Part shown: piece by piece, positions 37,760 to 47,253 of the stretch
Layout: each line of letters starts with the position of its first letter
Position numbering within the stretch: position 1 is the first letter of the stretch
Assembly (NCBI GenBank): GCA_965204755.1
Contig: OZ242011.1
Location: 3,328,001-3,392,000, forward strand
Length of the DNA: 64,000 bases
Direction of reading: 5' to 3'
From: Candidatus Marinacidobacterium sp.
GTDB taxonomy: Bacteria; Acidobacteriota; Vicinamibacteria; Marinacidobacterales; Marinacidobacteraceae
Program-made: the position numbers and the translations under genes
The notes under the pieces: generated by a model
The model's database searches: none
What the model was told of the DNA's origin: nothing
The model's input: the letters and a program-made list of their open reading frames with translations, nothing else

Positions 37760-39394
37760 CTACATCCGGCGCCAGCGGGGGCCGGCGCCGCCTTCGCGGG
37801 GGGTCCAGCGGGGGCCGAGGACATCGGCGGCGCGGCAGTCCACGCAGTTGGACTGGTTGACGACCAAACCGTCTTCGCGCGCCTCATAGACCCCGGCGGG
37901 GCAAAGCCGCTCCCAGAGTGAGGCGGCTTCCGGCGGCACCTCCTCCGGAACGACCAGGTGCGGCGGGTGGTCGTCGCGCGTGTTGTTGCCGGAGAGGAAG
38001 ACGCCGTCCAACTTGGAAAACGACGGGGCCTCGACGCTTCCGGTCTCCGGGGGCGAACGCAGCGTCTCCGCGTCGTCATGCACAGCGAGCGTTCCCGTCG
38101 GCAGCGCCCCGCGCGTCGCCGTGGCGAGCGCGGAGACCGCCACGCCGGTCCAAAACCCCCGCTGGAACGCCGGGCGCATGTTGCGCGTACGCCGCAGGTC
38201 GGCCAGCACCGAACTGTCGGCGAGCGCGGCGTCGTACATCGAAAGCGGCACCCCCGCCTTCAGGTGCGCATCCGCCGCATCCGCCGCGAGGATCCCGGAG
38301 AGCATCGCGTAGTGGATTCCCTTGAGCGAAGGCACATCCACGAACCCGGCGGTATCGCCCACCAGCACCAAACCTTCGCCGGACAGCCGCTCCGGCAGCG
38401 AACCGGGCCCGCCTTCGGGAATGAGCCGCGCCCCCCACTCCAGGCACTCCCCGCCTTCCAGGTGCGGCGCGATCAGCGGGTGCGCCTTCAACCGCTGCAA
38501 CTGTCCGTGGGCGTCGAGCGCCTCGGTCGGGGCGTCCAAACCCACGACCAGCCCGAGCGCCGACAACCCTTCGCCCAGCGGGTAGAAGAACCCGCCGCCG
38601 AACGCCGCCCTCGGCAGCGGATACCCGACGGTATGGAGCACGCGCGCAACCGGCCGGGGCGACCGCCAGAGTTCCTTGACTCCCAGCGCGAAGACTTGGG
38701 GAGACCGGGAACCGATGCCCAGCCGCTCGCGCCACGCCTGGCCGAGCGGCCCCCGCGCCCCTTCGGCGAGCACCACCACGCGCGCCGCCACTTCGGTCGC
38801 CGGTTCGTAGCCCGGCCCCGGACTCCCGTCGCGCCGCGCCCCCGCCGGAACCGTGCGCAGGCCGACCACCCGGCCGCCGTCGAAGAGCAGCGCGCCCACG
38901 GAGAACCCGGCGAAGACCTCCACGCCCAGTTCCTCCGCGCGCTGCGCCAGCCACCGGGCGATCTCCGAGAGCGAGGCGGTGAAGCAGCCGCCGTTCCGCA
39001 TCGTCGGGGGCGTCGGCAGCCGGAACGACCGGTTCCGGGTCAGGAAGCGGACGCTCTCCGCAGTCACCGGCTGCCGCACCGGCAACTCCGAGTCCCCGAT
39101 GCCGGGGAACAACTCGCGGAAGCCGACCGGGTTCACCACCGCCCCGGAAAGACAGGCCGCTCCCGGCTCGACCGCCTTTTCGAACACCCCGACCGAGACC
39201 TCGCGGCCGGAGGCCTTCGCCGCCTGCGCCAGCCGGATCGCCGCCGCCAGCCCCGCCGGGCCGCCGCCCACCACCGCTACATCGAGCGGAACCGCGTCCG
39301 CCCCCGGCGCCCCTTCGGAGACCAGCCGGTCGAGCGGCAGCGGCGGGCGGTGGGCGGCGAGCCGGACGCCGCCCTCCCGGCGCCGCCCGTTCAC
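37760..39394 (-). CDS. Electron-transfer flavoprotein:quinone oxidoreductase (FixC/FixX-like fusion)
   Basis: VVGGGPAGLAAA, LSGA, LGVKELW, IPEGG, GD.AG.V....KGIH.AM.SG, CPAGVYE, NCVDC, W.PREGG.GP. GTGA overlap. Confidence 0.88.
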   Translation of the reverse strand: MNGRRREGGVRLAAHRPPLPLDRLVSEGAPGADAVPLDVAVVGGGPAGLAAAIRLAQAAKASGREVSVGVFEKAVEPGAACLSGAVVNPVGFRELFPGIGDSELPVRQPVTAESVRFLTRNRSFRLPTPPTMRNGGCFTASLSEIARWLAQRAEELGVEVFAGFSVGALLFDGGRVVGLRTVPAGARRDGSPGPGYEPATEVAARVVVLAEGARGPLGQAWRERLGIGSRSPQVFALGVKELWRSPRPVARVLHTVGYPLPRAAFGGGFFYPLGEGLSALGLVVGLDAPTEALDAHGQLQRLKAHPLIAPHLEGGECLEWGARLIPEGGPGSLPERLSGEGLVLVGDTAGFVDVPSLKGIHYAMLSGILAADAADAHLKAGVPLSMYDAALADSSVLADLRRTRNMRPAFQRGFWTGVAVSALATATRGALPTGTLAVHDDAETLRSPPETGSVEAPSFSKLDGVFLSGNNTRDDHPPHLVVPEEVPPEAASLWERLCPAGVYEAREDGLVVNQSNCVDCRAADVLGPRWTPREGGAGPRWRRM

Positions 39395-41409
39395 GCCCCG
39401 AACCGCTCCGGATCCCAGCGGAGCCCCAACTCCGACGGCGGGCCGATGTAGCCGAGCAGCGCCGAAGCCGCCACCACCGCCGGGCTCGCCAAGTACCCCT
39501 CGCCGCCGCGCCCCATCCGGTTCGCCCAGTTGCGGTTGAAACTGGTGATGGCGCGCATCCCGGGCCGGAGCGCGTCCTCCCCCTGTCCGAAACAGGGGCC
39601 GCACCAACTGGCGCGGATTTCCCCGCCGACCGAACGCAGCACTTCCGCGATCGGCTCACCCCCGAGCCGGGCCTCCGGCCGCTCGATCCCCCGCCGGACG
39701 CCTCCCGAACCGGGGAAGATCACGAACTTCTCGCGCACCCGCTCCCGTCCGGCCTCCCGCGCCGCCCGGATCACCTGCGCCGCCGCCAGCAGGTCGCCGT
39801 AACTCCCGTTGGTGCACGAGCCGATGTAGGCGCGGTCGAAACCGATCCGCTCCGCGGCCACTTCGTCGGCCGGCCAGGCGTTCTCCGGCGCCGGCGGCTT
39901 GGCCACCAGCGGCGCCACTTCGCCGAGGTCGAAGCGGTCTTCGGCGGCGTAGGTCGCCGCGGCGCCCGGAACGACCGCGGGGTAGGGGAGGTCCTCCATC
40001 CCCCGCTCCCGGTACCAGGCCTCCGTGACCGGGTCGAACGGGAACAGCCCGTTCCAGGCCTCCGCCTCGGCCATCATGTTGGCGATCGTGTTGCGCCAGG
40101 TGACGGGCAGCGCGCCCCGCTCGTCGCGGAACTCGACCGACATCCCGGCGGCGGCCCCGTTCCACCGGGCGAGCAGCGCGAGGACCACATCCTTGCCGGA
40201 GCACCACGGCGGGAGCGAGCCGGTGAACGCCACCCGCCGCGCCGGCGCGGGCGTGAGCCAGACCCGCCCGGTGGCCCAGCCGAACCCGAGCGCGGTGGAG
40301 CCGACGCCCACCCCCAGCGCCCCGTAGGCGCCGTAAGCCCGGCTGTGGCTGTCCGCGCCGGGGACGACCGCGCCGGGCATCACCAGGCCCTGCTCCGGGA
40401 AGTAGAAGTGGAAGATGCCGTCGCCGGGGGCCGCGAACCAGGGCTTTTCCAGGCCCTCGGCGGCGGCGAAGGCCTCGCTGATCGCGGTCTGGCGGGCGTC
40501 CGCTTCGCGCCCGGTGAAGACGAAGTGGTCGCTGGCGATCGCCGCCTGGCGGGGGTGGATCGCGCCGCCGGTGATCTCCCGGAAGGCGTGGATGGCGAAG
40601 GGGGCAGTCCCGTCGGAAGCGGGGAGGAGATCCGCGGCCACGAGCACCGGTTCGCCCGGGGTGACCCGCGCCTTCGGGTCGGCGCGGTGGGCGTGGAGGA
40701 TCTGCTCCGCCGCGGTGAGCCGGCGCGCGACCGGCGGTTCCGGCCACTCGATCCGGACCTCTTCGTTCCACGAGGCGAGGAACTCCCGGCGGCCGGCGGC
40801 GAGGATCCCGCCTTCGCGGCGGAACCGCTCTTCCCGCTCGCCGAGCGGCTTCGGGGCGTAGCGGCGTCCGAGCGAAACATTCGTCAGCGCCCGCGAGTCG
40901 GGCTCGAAGGAGAAGCGGTGGCCGTCCTGCGCGTCGGCGACCGCCTCCGGGCATTCGAGCACCGCGAGTCCCAGGTTCAGGGCGTTGCGGCGGAAGATGT
41001 CGCCCACCTCCCGGCCGAGCACCAGCACCAGCGTGGTTCCGGCGTCCCGCGCCACGCCGAGGAGGCCGGCCGGGCTCATCTCCCGCGACGAGCCGATCCC
41101 GAAGCGGTCGCCGGCGACGAGGAAGTTCCGCCCGGCGCGAACCCGCTCGGCGAAGTCCGGCATCAGCCGGCGGAACGCGCCGAGTTTCCACCGGGCGTCG
41201 AGCGCGTCGAGGCTCTCCGAGACGCAGTCCTCGGAAGGGGTGATCTGGTCGGTGTCGATCGCGTTCCGCTTGCGGCCGGGATGCGCGGGGTCCCAGAAGA
41301 TGAGGGCTTCGCCCTCGACCGGCGCGGTCGAGAATCCGGCGCCCGCGCCCGGGTCGGCCGCGGGGGGCAGCGGCGCTTCGGGGTGGCGCCGGACGGGGGC
41401 GATGCGCAT
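39391..41409 (-). CDS. Aconitase-family hydro-lyase, LeuD-like swivel domain fused N-terminal to a LeuC-like [4Fe-4S] domain
   Basis: DTDQI.P, FG.GSSRE, IF.RNA.N.GL, then DH, GADSHS, GKD, NM.AE, IGSCTNG, CGPCFG, NRN..RMG, YLASP..AASA. Confidence 0.85.
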   Translation of the reverse strand: MRIAPVRRHPEAPLPPAADPGAGAGFSTAPVEGEALIFWDPAHPGRKRNAIDTDQITPSEDCVSESLDALDARWKLGAFRRLMPDFAERVRAGRNFLVAGDRFGIGSSREMSPAGLLGVARDAGTTLVLVLGREVGDIFRRNALNLGLAVLECPEAVADAQDGHRFSFEPDSRALTNVSLGRRYAPKPLGEREERFRREGGILAAGRREFLASWNEEVRIEWPEPPVARRLTAAEQILHAHRADPKARVTPGEPVLVAADLLPASDGTAPFAIHAFREITGGAIHPRQAAIASDHFVFTGREADARQTAISEAFAAAEGLEKPWFAAPGDGIFHFYFPEQGLVMPGAVVPGADSHSRAYGAYGALGVGVGSTALGFGWATGRVWLTPAPARRVAFTGSLPPWCSGKDVVLALLARWNGAAAGMSVEFRDERGALPVTWRNTIANMMAEAEAWNGLFPFDPVTEAWYRERGMEDLPYPAVVPGAAATYAAEDRFDLGEVAPLVAKPPAPENAWPADEVAAERIGFDRAYIGSCTNGSYGDLLAAAQVIRAAREAGRERVREKFVIFPGSGGVRRGIERPEARLGGEPIAEVLRSVGGEIRASWCGPCFGQGEDALRPGMRAITSFNRNWANRMGRGGEGYLASPAVVAASALLGYIGPPSELGLRWDPERFGA

Positions 41410-41548
41410 CGGCGACCGAGTATAGAAGCGGATCCGGGGTTCGCCGCGCTCGCCGGCCGGGACGCTGCGCGGGGCCGGGGACGCCGCCCGCCGGGAGTCC
41501 GGGGGGCGGCCCGGACCGGGCGCCGCCCTCTACAATTCCGGGCGCGCC

Positions 41549-42748
41549 GTGGCCCCCGTTCGTCCCCTCGCCGCGGCGCTGCTGAGCGTGGCGGTCGCTG
41601 CTCCCGCCGCCCGCGCCGCGGAAACCGGACTCCGGCAGGCGCCCGGCGCCGCCGCCGAGCCGGAGATCTTCCTGCTGACCATGGGGCCGGACCACAGCCA
41701 GTTGTTCCGCGAGTGGGGCCACGCCGCGCTCTGCGTGGACGAGAGGTGCTTCAACTACGGCACGACCGACTTCTCGCGCCCGGCGGGGCTGACCCGCGAG
41801 GTCCTGATGGGCGAGGCGCGGTTCTGGGTCGCCGCCTCCGACTACCGGGACACTCTCCGGCAGTACGCGGAGATGGATCGCAGCATCTTCCGCCAGGACC
41901 TCGAACTCGACCCGGCGGCGCGCGACCTCCTGCTCGGACGGGTCGCCGCCGACCTGGTGCCCGGCGCGTCCGAGTACATCTACAACCACTTCTCCGAGAA
42001 CTGCACCACGAGGATCCGGGACTACCTGGACGACGCCGCCGACGGGGCGCTGCGGGGGGTCGCCGAACTGCCGCCGGTCTTCCGGGACGCCGACGGCCGC
42101 TACCGGCTGCGGACGCACATGCGCCGCGGCCTCACCACCCGCCCGCTCCTGGTCTGGCTCTCCGACATCGCGGTCGGGCGCTCGGCGGACGAGGAAGTCA
42201 CGCCGTTCGAGGTGATGTTCCTGCCCGGCGCCCTCCGCCACGGGGTGGAGCAGGCGTTCGGCGCCGCGCCGCGCCGGCTCCGGGCCGGGCGGGACGGCGA
42301 CCTGTTGCCGGCCGACCCGGGGAGTTCCCCGTACGCCGGGTGGCTCCTCGCCTCGTCGGCGCTGCTGGCCGGGCTGATCCTGCAGCGGCGGCGGGCCGGT
42401 CTTTCCCTCGGAGCGAGGGCGGCGGCGGGCGCGGGGCTCGCCGCGCTCGGCGCGGTCGGGCTGGGCCTGACGCTGTTGAGCCCGCTGCCGGCGTTCGCCA
42501 CCGGCTCGCTGTTCCTCGCCGTCCCGGTGAGCGACCTGCTGCTGGCCACCCGCTTCGCCCGGGTCTATGCCTGGCCCCGCGCGGCGTTCGGCGCGTTGTT
42601 CCTGCTGGCGTTGGCCTTCGGGTTCACCACGCAGCCGCTCGGCTGGACGGCGGCGGGCGGAACGCTGGTGGCCGCCGCGGTCGGCTGGCGGCTCTCGCCC
42701 CGGTTCCGCGGCGCCTCGGCGCCGGCGCCTTCCCCCGCGGCCGCGTGA
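41549..42748 (+). CDS. DUF4105 (Lnb-like) domain membrane protein
   Basis: Signal peptide, LLT.GP......WGHAAL, FNYG, Y.Y..F..NCTTR.RD, MFLP, C-terminal TMs. Confidence 0.75.
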   Translation: MAPVRPLAAALLSVAVAAPAARAAETGLRQAPGAAAEPEIFLLTMGPDHSQLFREWGHAALCVDERCFNYGTTDFSRPAGLTREVLMGEARFWVAASDYRDTLRQYAEMDRSIFRQDLELDPAARDLLLGRVAADLVPGASEYIYNHFSENCTTRIRDYLDDAADGALRGVAELPPVFRDADGRYRLRTHMRRGLTTRPLLVWLSDIAVGRSADEEVTPFEVMFLPGALRHGVEQAFGAAPRRLRAGRDGDLLPADPGSSPYAGWLLASSALLAGLILQRRRAGLSLGARAAAGAGLAALGAVGLGLTLLSPLPAFATGSLFLAVPVSDLLLATRFARVYAWPRAAFGALFLLALAFGFTTQPLGWTAAGGTLVAAAVGWRLSPRFRGASAPAPSPAAA

Positions 42749-44151
42749 GCGTGGGCGCCCGGAGGGCCGGCCCCGGCGGGGGGGAACCGGCGGCCCGGGC
42801 CGGGGGCGGGGCCGGCGGCGCGGATCCGATCCTCGCGGCGCTGGTCGGCGAGGGGTCGCCGGGCGCTTTCGTGGCGGCGTTCCGGCGGATGGCGGCGGCG
42901 GCGAAGGACGGGCCTCGATACCTCCGCGAGGACACGGTCGAGCCGGTGCGCGAGGCTCCCCGCCTCCCGGAGGACGGCCCTCCGGCGAGCGCCGCCGACC
43001 TGGCCCGCACCGTCGCGATCACCATGAACGGCGGCCTCGGCACCACCATGGGGATGCGGGCGCCGAAGGCGTTGCTCCCCGTCGCCGAGGGGATGACCCT
43101 TCTCGACATCGTGCTGAAACGGGCGGAGAGCGTCGGCGTCATGCCGCTGCTCATGAACAGTTTCGCCACCGACCGGGCGGTGCGCGCCGCGCTCGGCGGA
43201 CGGGAAGTCGCCTCCTTCCTGCAGCATCGGGCGCCGAAACTCCGCCGCTCCGACTTCACCCCGGTTCGCGTTCCCGGCGCGCCGGAACTCGAGTGGTGCC
43301 CGCCGGGACACGGCGACCTCTACACCGCCCTCGCCGCGAGCGGCTGGCTCCGGCGGCTCCTCGACCGGGGGTTCCGGGTCGCCTTCCTCTCGAATGTGGA
43401 CAACGCGGCCGCCTCTCCCGATCCGGTCGTCCTCGGCTACTTCCTGGAGAGCGGCGCGCCGTTCCTGATGGAAATCGTGCGGCGCGACGCGTCGGACTGG
43501 AAGGGCGGGCACATCGCCCGGCGGCGCGCGGACGGGCGGCTGGTGCTGCGCGACACGGCCCAGTGCGCCCCGGAAGACGAAGAGGCGTTCCGGGACCCCG
43601 GCCGGCACTCGTTCTTCAACACGAACAACCTGTGGGTGCGCCTCGACGCCCTCGCCGAGGCCCTGGAGCGGGGCGGCGGTTTCCTGCCGCTTCCCACGAT
43701 CGTGAACCCGAAGACGGCGAATCCCCGGGACCCTTCTTCCACTCCGGTCTTCCACCTCGAACAGACCGTCGGCAGCGCCGTCGAACTCTTCGAGGATGCC
43801 GCGGTGGTCGAAGTCCCGCGCGGCCGCTTCGTCCCGGTGAAGACCACGGAGAACCTGCTCGTCCTCCGGTCGGACATCTACGAGATCGACGAGAACGGCC
43901 TCGTCCGCGCGGCGAAGAAGCCGCCGCCGGTGGCGCTCGACGCCGAGCGCTACCGGTTCGTGAGCGACCTGGAGTCGCGATTCCCGCACGGCCCGCCGTC
44001 GCTGCTCGCCTGCGACCGCCTCCGGGTGACCGGGGATGTGCGGTTCGGGAAGCGCGTCGTCTGCGAAGGCGAAGTGACGATCCACGGCCGCCCCGACCGC
44101 GCCGCCTTCATCCCCGACGGGGAACGCCTCACGGGCGCCGTCCGTCTTTGA
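42745..44151 (+). CDS. UTP--glucose-1-phosphate uridylyltransferase, eukaryotic-type (UDPGP family)
   Basis: NGGLGT.MG...PK, LMNSF.T, EWCPPGHGDLY, SN.DN, KGGH, FNTNNLW, RF.PVK.T..LL..RSD, C-terminal beta-helix. Start uncertain. Confidence 0.88.
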   Translation: MSVGARRAGPGGGEPAARAGGGAGGADPILAALVGEGSPGAFVAAFRRMAAAAKDGPRYLREDTVEPVREAPRLPEDGPPASAADLARTVAITMNGGLGTTMGMRAPKALLPVAEGMTLLDIVLKRAESVGVMPLLMNSFATDRAVRAALGGREVASFLQHRAPKLRRSDFTPVRVPGAPELEWCPPGHGDLYTALAASGWLRRLLDRGFRVAFLSNVDNAAASPDPVVLGYFLESGAPFLMEIVRRDASDWKGGHIARRRADGRLVLRDTAQCAPEDEEAFRDPGRHSFFNTNNLWVRLDALAEALERGGGFLPLPTIVNPKTANPRDPSSTPVFHLEQTVGSAVELFEDAAVVEVPRGRFVPVKTTENLLVLRSDIYEIDENGLVRAAKKPPPVALDAERYRFVSDLESRFPHGPPSLLACDRLRVTGDVRFGKRVVCEGEVTIHGRPDRAAFIPDGERLTGAVRL

Positions 44152-44189
44152 TCCCCCTTTGATCCCCCTTTGATCCCCCTTTGATCCCC
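44146..44189 (+). repeat. 11 bp tandem repeat CTTTGATCCCC x4
   Basis: Perfect units at 44146, 44157, 44168 and 44179, overlapping the UGPase stop. Confidence 0.92.
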
Positions 44190-44228
44190 GTCGTCCGGTT
44201 CGATGGTTGGACCGGCCGCCCGCCGGGA

Positions 44229-45821
44229 TCAGGCCACCGCGCGCCGTCGGGGGGAGACGCGCGCGGTCGCGGGTTCGGGCGCCGCGATCCGTAGGCGCGA
44301 CGGGTTCCCCGACCGCCATTCTTCGAAGAAGGCGTCGAGCCACGGAGGGGTTTCGCCGGTGCGGGCGAGATGGCGAAGCGCCCGGTCCGCATCGTCCGGA
44401 CACAGCCGGGCCAGGTCTTCGGGAATCGGCGCGGCGGCGGTCGTCAGGTCGCCGGGTTCGTACTTGTCCAGCGCATCGCCGTAGCGGCGGACCGAGAGCG
44501 ACAGGATCCGGCGGCCCGGTTGCGAGGCGAGGTAGAGGAAGAGGCGGTCCACGAGGTCGGCGCCGAACACATTCGGGTCGAATCCGTGGTAGCAGGTCAG
44601 GTTCAGGGCCCGGCTGCGATTCCGGACGACCTTGTAGCCGCCGCGGGAGAAGACGCCGAAGAGGATCGGCGACGGCGTGCGCGCCTCGGTCCGGTGCCAC
44701 GGGTTTCGGTGGCGCGTCAGGAAACGCCGATGGAAACCCCGTTCTTCGCCGCTCTTGAGGTAAGCGGTGGCCGGGCGCGACGGTTTCTTCGGCAGGCGCA
44801 GCAGGAGAGCCCGCGCGTCCCGATCCAGCAGCGCGCCCAAGTCGCCGGCGTCGAACACCGGTTTCGCGATCTGCTGACTTCTCGCGATGCAGGGGACGGT
44901 CTCCCCGCGGCCGAGCCCCAGCGCGGCGGCGCGCGAGCGGCTGAGGACGAAGAACTCGTTCGCCCCGGTCGCTATCCCGCGCCGGAACTTGCCGTAGTGA
45001 CCGAGGCGCGTCGCGCGCTCCGGGCATACCCGCGCGCGGCTTCGCCGAAAGTGGGGAAGCCACTTGGACTCCGGATCGAGCGCCGCCGCCGGAATGCGCC
45101 GAACCGCCGGGCGGCGGAACACCTGCGGCAGGGCCGCCAGGTCTCGAATCCGATGGAACCCGACCTCGGCGGGTCCGCCGTCGGCGTCGCAGAGCACGAG
45201 TCCCACCGAGGTCGTCACTCCCGGAAACACTTCCCGCTCGCAGTCGAGGCTGACCATCGCCCGGAGGGCGCCCGAAGCGAGCAACTGCCGCTTGACGCCG
45301 ACTCCGTATCCGGTGTTCAGGAACTCCAGGGGCATCAGGTAGGCGAGCCGCCGCCCATCTCCGAGTTCCCACAGCGACTTGAGCAGGAACGCCGCCGCCG
45401 CGTTGGTGTAACCCGAGAGGCGATGGTCGAGATGCCGGGCGAAGTCCTCGCGCACGGCCTGTCGATCGGGAAACCGTTGGAATCGCAGGTAGGGCGGGTT
45501 GCAGACGATGTTGCCCCGGCGCCGCTCCCACGAGCGCAGGTAGTTCCCTTCGACGAGCCGCGCCGACCCGGCGCCGCGCCGTCCCCGCCGCCAGGCGGCC
45601 AGGAGCGCCGGATCGATCTCCATACCCTCGAACCGCGAGCACCCGCGGCGGCGGGCCGCCTCGAAGAACGCCCCCATCCCGAAACACGGATCGAAGACCT
45701 CCCGCGTCCCGGACCCGAGCGCCCAGCCGACCATGAAGTCGGCGACCGCCGGCGGCGTGAAGACCTGTCCGAGCACCTGCGCCCCGCGCGACGCTTCGCC
45801 GGGTGTGCGGTGGCGGGTCAC
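44229..45821 (-). CDS. Type II N6-adenine DNA methyltransferase (M.AccI-like, gamma class)
   Basis: GQ.FTP..VA, DPCFG.GAF, CNPPY, P.EFLN..YG, RGIATGANEFF, R.YG..L.K.EP. Confidence 0.88.
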   Translation of the reverse strand: MTRHRTPGEASRGAQVLGQVFTPPAVADFMVGWALGSGTREVFDPCFGMGAFFEAARRRGCSRFEGMEIDPALLAAWRRGRRGAGSARLVEGNYLRSWERRRGNIVCNPPYLRFQRFPDRQAVREDFARHLDHRLSGYTNAAAAFLLKSLWELGDGRRLAYLMPLEFLNTGYGVGVKRQLLASGALRAMVSLDCEREVFPGVTTSVGLVLCDADGGPAEVGFHRIRDLAALPQVFRRPAVRRIPAAALDPESKWLPHFRRSRARVCPERATRLGHYGKFRRGIATGANEFFVLSRSRAAALGLGRGETVPCIARSQQIAKPVFDAGDLGALLDRDARALLLRLPKKPSRPATAYLKSGEERGFHRRFLTRHRNPWHRTEARTPSPILFGVFSRGGYKVVRNRSRALNLTCYHGFDPNVFGADLVDRLFLYLASQPGRRILSLSVRRYGDALDKYEPGDLTTAAAPIPEDLARLCPDDADRALRHLARTGETPPWLDAFFEEWRSGNPSRLRIAAPEPATARVSPRRRAVA

Positions 45822-46882
45822 TGCGGCGGTTCTCCGAGGGCCTTCAGGAACGCGTCCCGGTCGAGATAGGCAGTGCCGCCGCTGAATCGCACATGGAACA
45901 GGAGTCGGCCGCGTTCGAGCGTCCTCATCACGGAATGATGGAGCGGCATCTGCATCCTGCCGACGACTTCTGTCCCCGCAGCGATGTTGATCTTGATCGT
46001 TGTCTTGCCTTGGTTCTTCACATCCTCTTCGATGCGGAAAGTGGCGCCGTCACCCTCCGGCTTGCTGATCGTACGGAGAATGTCCAGGAAGGAGATCAGA
46101 TACGCCTTGTCGAAGAACACCTGCAAGTAGTAGTGCCGTACCCCGAACCGCTGGATCCAGCGGTTGACCAAGCATAGGTCTTCGAGTTTCGGCGTGATGC
46201 TCAGGTAGTCCCGCCGATGGAGGATGGCGATTCCACTCTTGAGCGTCTTCAGGAGTTCGGTGAGGCGCCGGAGCGCCGGAGTCGAGCGCCAACTCGGCTG
46301 GCGAAACGAGAGTTCGCGAAAGGTCGGTATGGACGCGTTGCGAACGAGGTCGTACAACACCGGGTTCTTCTCCGCGAGGAGAGAACAGTTGGGCTCGGCG
46401 AGTATCTCCCGTTGCACATCGAGGCATCGTGCCTCCGCGGCGCGAACCCTGCTGCTCATGAACGATGAGTAACGCTCGGACAAGAAACTGCTGGATCGAA
46501 TCTCCAGCGCTGCCGTAGCGCGCCGGACGATTTCCGGCTGGGTCACGGGATCCTCGATACCGGGCACATCGGAACGGAAGATGAGGATGTCCGGTCGCTT
46601 TCCGATGGTGTTCAGTTCCTCCTGATAGTCGGAGAAGTGGCTCTTGAAGTCGGGATCGCCGGGGGCCGTCGCGTCGGTGTCGCCGTACCGGACGGCACGC
46701 AGGCCACCGGCGTGGTCGTTTATGGCGCGGATCACGACTTCCTCCGCCCAAGTCCCCTGCTCTCGGTTCGTCAGGAAGTCGGAACTCGCCGCTGTCGGAC
46801 GGCGCCCCTGAACTCTCAGGTCGAGATCGATCGGGAGCGGTAGGGAGCGCAGGAGATCGAGCACTGCTCGGCGATAGTCCAC
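45818..46882 (-). CDS. AccI-family type II restriction endonuclease
   Basis: PT.ASS.FLTN.EQG.WAE, GKRPD.LIF, EIRSSSF, YLS.TPK.ED, QVFFDK, EEDVKNQ.K.T, RGRLLF.V.F.GG. Coupled to the MTase. Confidence 0.8.
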   Translation of the reverse strand: MDYRRAVLDLLRSLPLPIDLDLRVQGRRPTAASSDFLTNREQGTWAEEVVIRAINDHAGGLRAVRYGDTDATAPGDPDFKSHFSDYQEELNTIGKRPDILIFRSDVPGIEDPVTQPEIVRRATAALEIRSSSFLSERYSSFMSSRVRAAEARCLDVQREILAEPNCSLLAEKNPVLYDLVRNASIPTFRELSFRQPSWRSTPALRRLTELLKTLKSGIAILHRRDYLSITPKLEDLCLVNRWIQRFGVRHYYLQVFFDKAYLISFLDILRTISKPEGDGATFRIEEDVKNQGKTTIKINIAAGTEVVGRMQMPLHHSVMRTLERGRLLFHVRFSGGTAYLDRDAFLKALGEPPQ

Positions 46883-46886
46883 GCCG

Positions 46887-47153
46887 CTACGACTCAGGTC
46901 TCGACGAAGCCCTCGACGGGCGACCGGGCGGTGCTACGGGCCGGTCGCCTCCGGAGCCGGAGGCCGGGGGAGGCCGAAACAAGGGGGAGCGCCGATAGAT
47001 GTACTCGCCCACGGCGTCTCGGACGACCCAGGCGAGCGACACCCGCCGCTCGGCCGCGATCCGCTTCAGGTGAGCGTAGTCCTCGGAGTCCAAGGAGACC
47101 GAGACACGCTCCCTGCGTGTGGTGGGCGCTTCCGGCTCTTGTGAATGCATCAC
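46887..47153 (-). CDS. Ribbon-helix-helix (CopG-like) regulator, putative R-M controller
   Basis: RVSVSL...Y..L..IA...RVSLAWVVRDAV..YI, directly upstream of the R gene. Confidence 0.8.
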   Translation of the reverse strand: MMHSQEPEAPTTRRERVSVSLDSEDYAHLKRIAAERRVSLAWVVRDAVGEYIYRRSPLFRPPPASGSGGDRPVAPPGRPSRASSRPES

Positions 47154-47164
47154 TGTGGTGCATT
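47144..47164. promoter_or_regulatory. Palindromic operator overlapping the RHH start
   Basis: AATGCATCAC-T-GTGGTGCATT (9/10 inverted repeat), with a CACAAT -10-like hexamer on the minus strand at 47162-47167. Confidence 0.55.
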
Positions 47165-47253
47165 GTGCCGCACAGGACTCCGGCGAGCAAATCGGGAGTC
47201 TCCGGAAGACCGGTCGAGGGTGTGGGTTCGCCTGACCGGAGCGACCGGCGGGG

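Noticed and set aside
45818-46882. AccI-like system as the sole cause of GTCGAC avoidance
   Set aside because: Another AccI site variant (GTCTAC at 5758 in coxL) occurs in core DNA, and the R gene looks compositionally foreign, so an older system is the more likely cause.
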